From Candidatus Omnitrophota bacterium (GTDB taxonomy: Bacteria > Omnitrophota > Gorgyraeia > Gygaellales > Profunditerraquicolaceae): 52,371 nt of DNA. Positions 39,506-48,593 of the stretch are shown one piece after another (within the stretch, counting starts at the first letter, position 1; the number at the start of each line of letters is the position of its first letter). The notes under the pieces were generated by a model. That model was not told the DNA's origin. It was given only the letters and a program-made list of their open reading frames with translations, and did not search any database. The stretch is from the NCBI GenBank assembly GCA_043798795.1, contig JAZDOJ010000037.1, forward strand, positions 1-52,371, read 5' to 3'. The position numbers were made by a program, and so were the translations under genes.

Positions 39506-41294
39506 ATCCCTTATTCGGAATTTCTCAATCATCGCCCATATCGACCACGGTAAATCCACGCTGGCTGACAGGATCCTGGAATTGACCAAAGCGGTATCAA
39601 AGACACATAAGGGGAGCCAGCTGCTGGACGATATGGACCTTGAGCAAGAAAGAGGCATCACCATTAAAGCCTCCATGGTCCGCTTGACGTATCAACTGGA
39701 TTCAGGAGAAAGCTACGTATTGAACCTGATTGATACGCCCGGCCATGTGGATTTTACGTACGAGGTCTCAAAATCCCTGGCGGCTTGCGAGGGAGCGGTA
39801 CTGGTGGTGGATGCGGCTCAAGGCATAGAGGCCCAGACTATTGCCAACTATTATCTGGCTATGGAAAATAACATGGTCATCATTCCTGTCATCAATAAAA
39901 TCGATTTGACGGCCGTGGATATCCCGAGAGTCAAAAATCAAATCACCAGTGTCTTGGGATTTAGGGAAGAAGACATTATTCTGGCTTCTGCCAAAGAGGG
40001 GACAGGCGTTTCAGAAATATTAGAGAGGATTATCAAGGTTATCCCGGCTCCCATCGGCGAAGAGAGCCATCCTTTAAAAGCCCTCGTGTTTGATTGCCGT
40101 TATGATACGTTTAAAGGGGTCGTGGTCTTTGTAAGGGTCGTTGACGGAAAGATAGGGGAGGAGACCCAAATCAAAATGATGCATTCCGGCAAGAACTATA
40201 AATTAGAGGAATTGGGCGTATTCAAAGATTTAAAGTATTCCGAGGTGCAAGAGTTAACGTGCGGTGAGGTCGGTTATTTTACCGCAAATATCCGCGACCC
40301 CCGAGAGATTATCATCGGCGATACGATTACGGATGAATTGAACCCCTGCGCCGAAGCCTTGCCCGGATATCGGACGCTAAAACCGCTTGTGTTCTGCGGG
40401 GTTTATCCCGTGAACCCGAAAGATTTTCCCAACCTTCGCGATGGCATGGACAAGTTGAAATTATCGGATGCCTCTTTTGTGTTTGAGCCGGAGAATTCGC
40501 AGTCATTCGGCACGGGTTTTCGCTGCGGGTTCCTTGGGCTTTTACATATGGAGATCGTGCAGGAACGCCTGGAGAGGGAATATGATTTGAATCTGATTTT
40601 GACGGTGCCTAATGTCGTCTACAGGGTCGAGACAAAAAGCGGCGAGACCGTTGATGTGGATACCCCCTTCAAACTACCTGATCCTTCCGAGATCCAGGCC
40701 TGTTTTGAGCCGTATGTTAACCTTTTGATGATTGTACCCATCGATACCATTGAGCCTGTCTGTGAGCTGGCCAAGGCCCGTCGCGGCACTTATAAATCCA
40801 GGAAGCACCTGGGGGAAGACAGGATTGAGCTCACTTTTGAAGTGCCGCTTTCTGAAATCATCGTTGATTTTTACGACCGACTGAAGTCTATCACCAGGGG
40901 TTACGGTTCTCTGGATTACGAATTCCAGGGTTATCTGCCGACCAGGCTGGTGAAGCTTGATATTATGCTTAATCGCGTTGTGTGCGATGCCTTTTCCACG
41001 CTGATCCATAAAGACAGGGCTTACAACAAGGCGCACGCCCTGGTTTCAAGGCTCAAAGAATTGATCCCCCGGCAGCTGTTTGAGGTGAGTATTCAGGCGG
41101 CCGTGGGGAATCAGGTTATCGCTTCCCAAAAAGTCCGGGCCCAAGGCAAGAACGTCACGGCTAAGTGTTACGGCGGGGACATCACGCGCAAACGCAAGCT
41201 CTGGGAGGGGCAAAGCAAGGGAAAGAAGAGGCTCAAGCAATTCGGCAAAGTAGAAATCCCACAGGAGGCTTTTTTGGAGGTGCTAAAGATATGA
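39498..41294 (+). CDS. lepA: Translation elongation factor 4
   Basis: IRNFSIIAHIDHGKSTLADR, DTPGHVDF and NKIDL, plus the LepA C-terminal domain. Confidence 0.97.
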   Translation: MDKSLIRNFSIIAHIDHGKSTLADRILELTKAVSKTHKGSQLLDDMDLEQERGITIKASMVRLTYQLDSGESYVLNLIDTPGHVDFTYEVSKSLAACEGAVLVVDAAQGIEAQTIANYYLAMENNMVIIPVINKIDLTAVDIPRVKNQITSVLGFREEDIILASAKEGTGVSEILERIIKVIPAPIGEESHPLKALVFDCRYDTFKGVVVFVRVVDGKIGEETQIKMMHSGKNYKLEELGVFKDLKYSEVQELTCGEVGYFTANIRDPREIIIGDTITDELNPCAEALPGYRTLKPLVFCGVYPVNPKDFPNLRDGMDKLKLSDASFVFEPENSQSFGTGFRCGFLGLLHMEIVQERLEREYDLNLILTVPNVVYRVETKSGETVDVDTPFKLPDPSEIQACFEPYVNLLMIVPIDTIEPVCELAKARRGTYKSRKHLGEDRIELTFEVPLSEIIVDFYDRLKSITRGYGSLDYEFQGYLPTRLVKLDIMLNRVVCDAFSTLIHKDRAYNKAHALVSRLKELIPRQLFEVSIQAAVGNQVIASQKVRAQGKNVTAKCYGGDITRKRKLWEGQSKGKKRLKQFGKVEIPQEAFLEVLKI

Positions 41295-41887
41295 GTGACT
41301 CAAGAAGCGCTGAGGCTTCTAAGAAAAAGACGGTATTACGTGAATGGATTGAATCGATCGTCATAGCGTTTCTCTTGGCCATGGTTATCCGCACATTTTT
41401 AGTACAGGCCTTTAAGATCCCCACAGGTTCTATGAAGCCCACGCTGATGGAAGGGGACCTCATATTAGTGAACAAATTCATTTACGGGGCCAAGGTCCCC
41501 TTGACCGGTTTGAGGCTGCCGGGGCTAAGGAGACCTGCGAGAGGGGATGTGGTCGTCTTTATTTATCCGGAGGATAAGAAAAAGGATTTTATCAAAAGGC
41601 TGGTAGGTCTGCCCCAAGATAAGCTAGCCATCGAAAACGGGACCCTTTTTGTCAACGGCGAACCTTTGCTTGATCCGGTCTTCAGCCAGAGGTTCTATTA
41701 TAACAGGGGAGATTTCGCGAAGGAAGAAGAGGAGATTGTTGTCCCCCCGGGAAACTTTTTTGTGCTGGGGGATAATTCCGCTTCTTCAAGAGACAGCCGC
41801 TACTGGGGGTTTGTACCCGAAGAAAATGTCATCGGGAAAGCCATTTTGATTTATTGGCCGCCGCAGCGCATCAGGATTATCAAGTGA
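41291..41887 (+). CDS. lepB: Signal peptidase I
   Basis: IPTGSMKPTL (catalytic Ser), KRLVGLPQD (Lys) and GDNSASSRDSRYWGFV. ATGA overlap with lepA. Confidence 0.9.
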   Translation: MSDSRSAEASKKKTVLREWIESIVIAFLLAMVIRTFLVQAFKIPTGSMKPTLMEGDLILVNKFIYGAKVPLTGLRLPGLRRPARGDVVVFIYPEDKKKDFIKRLVGLPQDKLAIENGTLFVNGEPLLDPVFSQRFYYNRGDFAKEEEEIVVPPGNFFVLGDNSASSRDSRYWGFVPEENVIGKAILIYWPPQRIRIIK

Positions 41888-41991
41888 CTTCTTTTCCCTC
41901 GCGTAAGCGCTTGTAGATTTCTTCGAAATCTACTGCGCACGCTCGGGATAAATTCGGCCAAACGACTTACGTTCACCTTGTTCCGTAAGTC

Positions 41992-42573
41992 GTGGCCTCA
42001 TTTATGAACATCGCTAATAAAATATCGACGTTCCGCATTCTGATCGTCCCCTTCTTTGTGGCCTGCTTTATATATTTTGGACAGAATCCGTTCGAAAGGG
42101 ATTACCTAAGGTTCATCGCCCTCTCCCTGTTTCTTTTGGGGGTCATCTCCGACGGTATTGACGGTTTCATTGCCAGAAAATCGAAACAACAGTCTCCGGC
42201 GGGTTTAATCCTGGATCCCCTGGGAGATAAGCTTTTGCTGATGAGCGGCTTTATCTCACTTTACGCCGTCCCCTTAAGGATCAAATTTCCTCTTACGGTT
42301 GTTCTCATCATCATCAGCCGGGATATCTTGATTCTTTTGGGTGCCGTGGTTATCTTTATCGTTAAACAAAAAATCAATATTTTTCCCACTCTCTGGGGTA
42401 AGTTGACCACGATTTTCCAAATGCTTGCCGTGATCTGCGTCATTCTGCAGTGGGAATTTTCTTTTCTCTTTTGGTGGGTTGCCGTTCTTTTCACTCTCAT
42501 TTCCGGCTGTGATTACATTATGCGGGGGTTCAAGACGCTCTATGCTTTGGATACTGTTCGGAATAACCATTAG
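41992..42573 (+). CDS. pgsA: CDP-alcohol phosphatidyltransferase (PgsA-like)
   Basis: DGIDGFIARK.....G..LDPLGDK motif. Start is either GTG 41992 or ATG 42004. Confidence 0.8.
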   Translation: MASFMNIANKISTFRILIVPFFVACFIYFGQNPFERDYLRFIALSLFLLGVISDGIDGFIARKSKQQSPAGLILDPLGDKLLLMSGFISLYAVPLRIKFPLTVVLIIISRDILILLGAVVIFIVKQKINIFPTLWGKLTTIFQMLAVICVILQWEFSFLFWWVAVLFTLISGCDYIMRGFKTLYALDTVRNNH

Positions 42574-43174
42574 CTATCTCATCGGCTCTATCCCTACGGC
42601 CTATATTTTCGGACGGGTATTCAAGGGAATGGATATCCGTCAGCTCGGCTCCGGAAACGTGGGTGCGACCAATGTGCTGCGCACGTTCGGTAAGAAAGCC
42701 GCTCTGTTTGTATTGACCTTGGATATGCTTAAGGGGGCGACCTGCGTTATTTTTGTCGCAGAGGCCTTAGCTCCAAGAATCTCCTCTTTGGATCTCCTGA
42801 CCCTTCGTCTCATAATGGGTATCAGCAGTATCTGCGGACATAATTGGACCCTTTTCTTAAAGTTTAAAGGGGGAAAAGGCGTTGCCACGACGTTTGGCGT
42901 GATGCTGGCCCTTGCATTTCGGGTCAGCCCCTTAAGATATATTTTTATTATTTTAGTCTTGACCTGGCTTGTGGTGTTTCTTGGCACTCGGATTGTGTCT
43001 TTGGCTTCCGTCATTTCGGCTTGTTTGCTGCCGATTTGCATGGGGATTTTTAAACAACCTCCTGTTTTGATCCTCTTCGCTACTGTCATTGCCATCTCCA
43101 TTCTTCTGCGTCATAAGTCCAACCTAAAAAGATTGTTTCAAGGAAAAGAGCACCGCATCCATTTCAAGTCTTAG
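42542..43174 (+). CDS. plsY: Glycerol-3-phosphate acyltransferase PlsY
   Basis: YLIGSIPTAYIFGR, GSGNVGATNVLR and KGGKGVAT. Internal ATG start. Confidence 0.88.
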   Translation: MLWILFGITISYLIGSIPTAYIFGRVFKGMDIRQLGSGNVGATNVLRTFGKKAALFVLTLDMLKGATCVIFVAEALAPRISSLDLLTLRLIMGISSICGHNWTLFLKFKGGKGVATTFGVMLALAFRVSPLRYIFIILVLTWLVVFLGTRIVSLASVISACLLPICMGIFKQPPVLILFATVIAISILLRHKSNLKRLFQGKEHRIHFKS

Positions 43175-43245
43175 CAAAGAAAGCGTTTTCTAAAAAAGTC
43201 CCCATCACCTTGAAATGGGCCATGTTTCACTATATAATTTAAGTG

Positions 43246-43282
43246 GAACTCTTAGAGAATAAGAAGAGTTCAGATTTTTTTT
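43246..43282 (+). terminator. Rho-independent terminator (end of the pgsA-plsY unit)
   Basis: GAACTCTT-loop-AAGAGTTC followed by AGA and T8. Confidence 0.8.
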
Positions 43283-43436
43283 CGTTCCTTCTTAAAAAGC
43301 TTATAAAAGTTTATCGATATCCCCACCAGCCACCCTTGTCTTCCTTTGGGGGGACAAGGACAAGGGGGGGGATAAGCCGGGTTGCCAAAACAATGAGGAG
43401 AAATTTTTAAGCGGTAACCCGGCTTTGGAGAAAACG

Positions 43437-43790
43437 ATGAGAGACGTACTTTACAAAAATTTAACTTCTGACGATAAAAGAAAACGAATGATGTCGAGCT
43501 CCGAGACGGTCGACAAAGAGGGGATCCGCAGCATCATCAAACGTCATTTTATCTGTATGTTAAAAGAGGTTGAAAATGAGGAGCTGCAGCCACCCACGCC
43601 TTATCTTTATGTCCTGAAAGTCCGCAACACGAAGGAACAAAAAGAGAAATTCTTCTGTCGCATAAAGGGAAGCCTTTTTGCCATAAAGGAAGGTAAATTA
43701 TACATGATCCTATTTATGCATTCATTAAAAATTGATCTGACAGCATCCCCTTCTGATCTGGTAAAAAACAGTGAGGGGAACTTGAGTTAA
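43437..43790 (+). CDS. Hypothetical cytoplasmic protein (117 aa)
   Basis: ORF with GGAG six nt upstream of ATG 43437. No recognisable motifs. Confidence 0.4.
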   Translation: MRDVLYKNLTSDDKRKRMMSSSETVDKEGIRSIIKRHFICMLKEVENEELQPPTPYLYVLKVRNTKEQKEKFFCRIKGSLFAIKEGKLYMILFMHSLKIDLTASPSDLVKNSEGNLS

Positions 43791-43816
43791 CTCATTGATA
43801 GTATTGAGATTTAAGC

Positions 43817-43845
43817 TTGACAAAAAAGCAAATATAGAGTATACT
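43817..43845 (+). promoter_or_regulatory. Strong sigma70-type promoter (TTGACA-17-TATACT)
   Basis: Near-consensus hexamers at 43817..43822 and 43840..43845. Confidence 0.6.
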
Positions 43846-43851
43846 TAATTA

Positions 43852-43965
43852 ATTCTTTAAAAAAGAACTTATTATCCGGTTCTCCTCAATTTGGAGGAAG
43901 TTGAGGGGAGGCCACGGAAGATTTAAGCCGGATTGACTTTATGGGTCAATCCGGATTTTTTATTT
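43852..43965 (+). ncRNA. Candidate ~110-nt small RNA or terminator-type leader upstream of the fibre locus
   Basis: Bounded by the promoter above and a 10-bp terminator, CCGGATTGAC-loop-GTCAATCCGG followed by A and T6 (43928..43965). An upstream TATCCGG (43873..79) could compete for the terminator 5' arm. Confidence 0.35.
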
Positions 43966-43989
43966 ATCTAGGCTCTTGACAGAAAATAG

Positions 43990-44018
43990 TTGACAGCATG
44001 AAAAAGGCAAGTTATGAT
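43990..44018 (+). promoter_or_regulatory. Second sigma70-type promoter (TTGACA-17-TATGAT) proximal to the fibre locus
   Basis: Hexamers at 43990..43995 and 44013..44018. Another TTGACA lies 14 nt upstream. Confidence 0.5.
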
Positions 44019-44043
44019 AATACATTTGAGGGTGATAGGTAAC

Positions 44044-45423
44044 ATGAAAAGGTTAACGTTTTTGACATTTATTTTGACGTTAGCCCTCTGGTTCTTCCTT
44101 CCTGTTTCCAGTTGGGCCGCCTTTCGTATCTCTGTCGTTCCCTATGAGGGAGGCAATGACCTGAGATTCGAACGGGCCAGGGGTACCTTGCCTTACACGA
44201 CAAAAGAAGCAATCGTCACTGTCACTTCTGATATAGCGAAGCAATATCAAGTCATCCAAAGTCTGCTGGAGCCTTTAACAAGTGTCCAGGGGCAGACATT
44301 ATCAAGAGAGAATTTCACTGTTTATGCTGTTCCAGGAAGCAATGCCGCAGGAACCCTGACCGCGCAGCAGGAAATGAGCGTTTCGCCCGGCAGGACGATT
44401 CTCTATGTTTCCAATAGTCAGGGCATCTCCGATACCTTTAAATTGGTTTATATCCTCAAGCCTCCTTTTAATGTCCCTTCCGGATCCTACCGTGGCAGAA
44501 TATCTTTTACTCTGGAAGCCATCAATGCCGCTGAGCCTCCGGTGAACGTGATATTGAATATCTCGGCTGAGATTCAGGCTGAGTCCTCTTTCGAAATAAA
44601 GACTTTGACGGGAGCAAGTTCTATAAGGCTGGACGCTTCCAGACCGGACGGACAGGCCTGCGATGTGTTGTTTGGCATCAAAGGAGGAAGGGGGAGCCAG
44701 TTTAGAATTCTCCAGTCTTTGTCGGGTTTCATAGAATCCATGGAAGGAAACAGGCTTTCCCCGGATGCTATCTATTTTAGGGTCAGCCAGGCAGGAAAAG
44801 GGATGGGGCCTAACCAGAATACACGGCTTTCTGAGACTCAGGAGGCTGTCTATTTATCAGGACCGACGGGCGCAGAGGATCAATTTCTCATCACCTATAG
44901 TCTCGCCCCTACAGGCAACCAGAAAGCAGGACGCTACAGAGGGCAGATCCGCTACATGCTCGAAGGAATCGGTCAGCAAGAACTTATCGGCAAAATGGAT
45001 CTGGAAGTGGATGTGGCCAGAATTTTTGATTTGAAGATCACTCCGGAGTTGGGAGGAACCATCGAATTCCGTGATTTGAAACCGCAAGCCGCGCCCAAGC
45101 AATCCGAGGTTATCTTTGAGATTGCCAGCAACATCGGCAGGCCTTATCAGATCACCCAGTTTTTAACCACCGGACTCGTCAATAAGGAAGGTAATGTCAT
45201 CCCGAAGCAATTCTTTACATTAAGAGAAGAGAGCCTCGGAACGAGGGGAAGGCTCATCCTTAGCTCTCCCGCAGAAGTCAATATCGGAGAGACGATTTTA
45301 TTTGTTTCAGACCCCGCGGGCTCATCGGATAAGTTCAAAGTCATTTACGAATTAAAACCGTCTTTTGATATTATGGCAGGGGATTATACAACGCGTATCA
45401 CGTATTCGATTTCCGAGATTTAA
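44044..45423 (+). CDS. Exported protein made of three tandem pilin-like beta-sandwich repeats
   Basis: Signal peptide MKRLTFLTFILTLALWFFLPVSSWA. Three repeats of about 145 aa each end in a related motif: KLVYILKPPFNVPSGSYRGRISFTLEAI, LITYSLAPTGNQKAGRYRGQIRYMLEGI and KVIYELKPSFDIMAGDYTTRITYSISEI. Confidence 0.7.
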   Translation: MKRLTFLTFILTLALWFFLPVSSWAAFRISVVPYEGGNDLRFERARGTLPYTTKEAIVTVTSDIAKQYQVIQSLLEPLTSVQGQTLSRENFTVYAVPGSNAAGTLTAQQEMSVSPGRTILYVSNSQGISDTFKLVYILKPPFNVPSGSYRGRISFTLEAINAAEPPVNVILNISAEIQAESSFEIKTLTGASSIRLDASRPDGQACDVLFGIKGGRGSQFRILQSLSGFIESMEGNRLSPDAIYFRVSQAGKGMGPNQNTRLSETQEAVYLSGPTGAEDQFLITYSLAPTGNQKAGRYRGQIRYMLEGIGQQELIGKMDLEVDVARIFDLKITPELGGTIEFRDLKPQAAPKQSEVIFEIASNIGRPYQITQFLTTGLVNKEGNVIPKQFFTLREESLGTRGRLILSSPAEVNIGETILFVSDPAGSSDKFKVIYELKPSFDIMAGDYTTRITYSISEI

Positions 45424-45463
45424 GGAAAGCAAAATTGAATCAAGAGGAGGGGGGGTGAAAAAG

Positions 45464-46039
45464 ATGAAGAAAGGTTTAACGGCAATAATCAGTTTAACGC
45501 TACTTTTGGGTGTTGCCTCGATAGGTCTAGCTGCTGATACCAAGAGTGTCGGAGTGCAAGCTGTCGTGCCTCAACAGAATGGCCTGACCGTGACTGTTTC
45601 AAAGGTCGTGGGGACCACTTTTACAACGGCAACGAGCATCAACTTCGGCACGCTCGTGTATGATACGGTGAACAAGATTTTTACGACCTCCGACGGTTCC
45701 TACTATGCGGTGGATGTAGGATGCAACTCCAATTCGGCGGATTGGACGGTCACGCACACAATAACATCTTTGCTTAACGGAACGTCCAACTTGGATGGCC
45801 ATGTGAACGTCACCTTTATGAAGCAGACGTCCAGCACAGCAGGTACGCAAATCAGCAAATACAGTTATGCCGCAAGCAACAACAAGCCTTTTACAAAAGC
45901 TCAACTATCAGGTGGATGGTTGAGAGTTTACTATGGCTTGGCCACAGGTGTTGGTGATGCAACAGGCGTAACTCCAGTTCCGTCTGACAAGACGTACGGT
46001 ACCTACTCGGGCACAGTCACGTTTACTCTGACTCCGTAA
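45464..46039 (+). CDS. Exported pilin-like subunit (SCPU/Csu-like C-terminal motif)
   Basis: Signal peptide ..GVASIGLAA, then an alternating Nte-like segment SVGVQAVV, INFGTLV, GWLRVYYGL and the C-terminal YGTYSGTVTFTLTP. Confidence 0.65.
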   Translation: MKKGLTAIISLTLLLGVASIGLAADTKSVGVQAVVPQQNGLTVTVSKVVGTTFTTATSINFGTLVYDTVNKIFTTSDGSYYAVDVGCNSNSADWTVTHTITSLLNGTSNLDGHVNVTFMKQTSSTAGTQISKYSYAASNNKPFTKAQLSGGWLRVYYGLATGVGDATGVTPVPSDKTYGTYSGTVTFTLTP

Positions 46040-46189
46040 GGGAGATAGAGGATAAGATCAGAAAATAATCAGGTTGAGGCTGCATGTTTTTTGAATTTTG
46101 CAGCCTGGGCTTGTTGAATTTCTAGAAATTTCCTTACATAGAGGAAGGTAGTCCTCTGTTCACATGAGAAAAAACGAAAGGAGTGTTGC

Positions 46190-46864
46190 ATGAGAAGAAA
46201 GGGTTTTCAAATCTTGGCCGTTGTATGTGTGTCCTTGTTGGTGTGCGGAGTCAGTTTTGCTGCCTCCACCAGCACGTTATCAGCCTCAGCCACGGTAACC
46301 GGCCCTACGGGTATCAGCCCGGTAACTTTGCGAGTTTTGGGGACGGGGGCTAATCCTTCGGATTGGGCGGATACGACGAATTATACATCCTTGGATTTCG
46401 ATCCCTTAACGCTTTTAACCGGCACAGCGAATGGGATTCCGTTTTCGGTCTTTTTGCCTAACCACTTTTACTCCATTGATATGGCTTATACCTACGGTGG
46501 GGGTGCAGCGATAACCCAGATGTCCTTCTTGTTCACCGGGACAGAGCCAGCAGGCCAACCTATTGGCAGCGGCCTGGGCGTTAAAGGCACAGCGACTCTT
46601 GTGAAGAAAAGAATAGTCAATGGCGTTGAGGCTCCGGAAACGGGAGGGGATAGAATAGCCAAAGTGCTCCTCAGAGATGTCAGTACGGTTAATGTCCTGC
46701 TCACAGACATCGCTCAGGGCTGGTTAAGAATGTATGTCGGGCTCGTCACAAAAGATCCGGCTCTTCCTGCGGGCGACATTGAATTGGGTTCCGAGGCTCA
46801 GGTTTTTTCTCCGGGAGATGTGCCAGGTTCTTACACAGGGTCATTGACAATATCTTCTCTATAA
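46190..46864 (+). CDS. Exported pilin-like subunit, paralogue of 45464..46039
   Basis: Signal peptide ..CGVSFAA, TLSASATVT, GWLRMYVGL and the C-terminal PGSYTGSLTISSL. Confidence 0.65.
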   Translation: MRRKGFQILAVVCVSLLVCGVSFAASTSTLSASATVTGPTGISPVTLRVLGTGANPSDWADTTNYTSLDFDPLTLLTGTANGIPFSVFLPNHFYSIDMAYTYGGGAAITQMSFLFTGTEPAGQPIGSGLGVKGTATLVKKRIVNGVEAPETGGDRIAKVLLRDVSTVNVLLTDIAQGWLRMYVGLVTKDPALPAGDIELGSEAQVFSPGDVPGSYTGSLTISSL

Positions 46865-46911
46865 GGTAGGAACTTTAAAGAGTCAGGCTTTTTCAAGAGA
46901 GTGAGAAAAAG

Positions 46912-47715
46912 ATGAAAAAAAGTACATTTTTTCTAAGTGGGGTTCTTTTTTTGTTTTTCAGTTCTACGGCATTTGCGCAGCTTGTCTTGGATAAAAGGGA
47001 AATCAAAATTGATGCGAAGCCGGGAGAGACGGTGTCTGGTTCTGTCACGGTTTCCAACCTGTACGGTCAAGCCGTGACGCTCAAGGCGTATCTTGAAGAT
47101 TTTATTTACGAGGCGCCTTTCCGGGGGTTTAAGACCGTACTTCCTTTGGGTTCAACGTCTCGCTCTTTCGGGAAATGGGTCAGTATAACCACCCCTCTGT
47201 TTATCGTGCCCTCCAAATCAAAACAGGAAGTGACCTATTCCGTCAAAGTGCCCCAGAATGCCTTGGGCGGTTATTATGCGGTCCTTTTCTTTGAAAAAGG
47301 AGATGGTGCCGTATCAGGAGAAAAAGGTGTAGGGATTAAAGAAAAGGCCGGTTGCGCCTTGTTTTTGGAAACCACTAATAAAACTAAAGAAGCAAAAATT
47401 AATAAGCTAACTGTCCTTGAAGACCGCATCGAGAGTTCTCTTATGAATTCAGGGGATTGCCTGTTGATAGCTCAAGGTTCCTATTATATAATGGATGATA
47501 AAGGAATCGTGGCGGATAGGGGGCAGATGCAAAAGGTTTATCTTCCTGCCGGAGGAGAGGCTGCCTTCTCAGTGAAGATTTCTGAAAAGGTGCCTTCGGG
47601 AAAATACAACCTGGTAATTAATTTTGACACGGGGGAAGGAAAGACCTTTATCAAAGAGGCTGATTTCTCAAAAGACAAAGCAGGATCTTTAAAGATCCTC
47701 ACTCAGCGGGATTAG
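46912..47715 (+). CDS. Periplasmic two-domain Ig-like protein, candidate pilus chaperone
   Basis: Signal peptide. The N-domain pattern REIKIDAKPGETVSGSVTVSN....LKAYLEDF...GGYYAVLFFEK is paralogous to the next gene. Confidence 0.55.
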   Translation: MKKSTFFLSGVLFLFFSSTAFAQLVLDKREIKIDAKPGETVSGSVTVSNLYGQAVTLKAYLEDFIYEAPFRGFKTVLPLGSTSRSFGKWVSITTPLFIVPSKSKQEVTYSVKVPQNALGGYYAVLFFEKGDGAVSGEKGVGIKEKAGCALFLETTNKTKEAKINKLTVLEDRIESSLMNSGDCLLIAQGSYYIMDDKGIVADRGQMQKVYLPAGGEAAFSVKISEKVPSGKYNLVINFDTGEGKTFIKEADFSKDKAGSLKILTQRD

Positions 47716-47718
47716 AGA

Positions 47719-48591
47719 ATGTTGAACCGGATGAGCATCCTTTTACCACTCTTTAGCGTTATGAGTTTTTTCCTTTTTGCGCAAGGCCTGGAAGCGGCCA
47801 CGGTGCGTATCAATCCGACTAAAATACGCCTCATCATCCCGGCCGGCGGAACGAAAACCGGGACCATCGAGGTGGATAATCCTTCCGAATATTCCATCAT
47901 CGTGAAGAGCTATTTAGAGGATTGGGCTTATACACCTTTGCATGACGGCACGAAGAATTTCTCTGCGGCCGGAACGAACGCGTTATCCGCAAGCCGCTGG
48001 ATAACCACTTCGCTAAACGATTTTGTGGTCCCTGCTTTCGGGAAACAGGCCCTCCATTATACAATTCGGGTGCCTGAGAATAGCAGCGGCGGATATTACG
48101 CCGCCCTTTTTTTTGAAAGCCTTTTGTCTGAACCTGACGTTAAAGACATGACGCAGTTAGGGGTGGTGGTTCGGATTGGCGCCCTGTTTTATATTGAGGT
48201 GGAAGCAACCATTCGCAGAACTGCTGAAGTCTCGAATCTAGCTCTGGAACGGCTCTCAGGGAGTGAACCGCTGAAGATGAGCGCAGATTTCAAGAATTCG
48301 GGAAACGTCGACATCACGGCAGCAGGGACTTTCCATATCATGGACAATCAAGGCATGATTTTTGCCAGAGGAGATTTAACGGATGTTTATCTCTTTCCCG
48401 GCGAATCGGCAAAATTAACTTCCAGATGGAAAGATCCTTTATCGAAGGGTAAATATAATCTGGTCATGACACTTGATATCGGCAAAGCGCAAGAAGAGGC
48501 AAAGCTTGGAAGGGGCCCTGTTATTATCAAAGAAGCAGAGTTAGAAATTGGGGGGAGGGGCGAGGTTCTAAGGGTCGGCACATTAAGATAG
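47719..48591 (+). CDS. Periplasmic two-domain Ig-like protein, candidate pilus chaperone (PapD/FimC-like N-terminal pattern)
   Basis: TVRINPTKIRLIIPAGGTKTGTIEVDNPSEYSIIVKSYLEDW mirrors the ..TR.IYPAG.K...L.V.N......L.Q.W.. pattern of PapD-type chaperones. Also GGYYAALFFES. The second domain resembles that of the preceding gene (GKYNLV). Confidence 0.55.
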   Translation: MLNRMSILLPLFSVMSFFLFAQGLEAATVRINPTKIRLIIPAGGTKTGTIEVDNPSEYSIIVKSYLEDWAYTPLHDGTKNFSAAGTNALSASRWITTSLNDFVVPAFGKQALHYTIRVPENSSGGYYAALFFESLLSEPDVKDMTQLGVVVRIGALFYIEVEATIRRTAEVSNLALERLSGSEPLKMSADFKNSGNVDITAAGTFHIMDNQGMIFARGDLTDVYLFPGESAKLTSRWKDPLSKGKYNLVMTLDIGKAQEEAKLGRGPVIIKEAELEIGGRGEVLRVGTLR

Positions 48592-48593
48592 CA

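Noticed and set aside
43210-43238. Consensus-like promoter TTGAAA-17-TATAAT between the plsY stop and its terminator
   Set aside because: A start here would give only a ~38-nt transcript consisting of the terminator hairpin itself. The terminator more plausibly belongs to plsY, and the hexamers may be fortuitous or part of the shared CTTGAAATG box.
44014-45463. Upstream extensions of ORFs 44014.. and 45365..
   Set aside because: The extensions overlap promoter or SD sequences or the preceding gene. The signal peptides begin at the internal ATGs 44044 and 45464, each preceded by a purine-rich SD.
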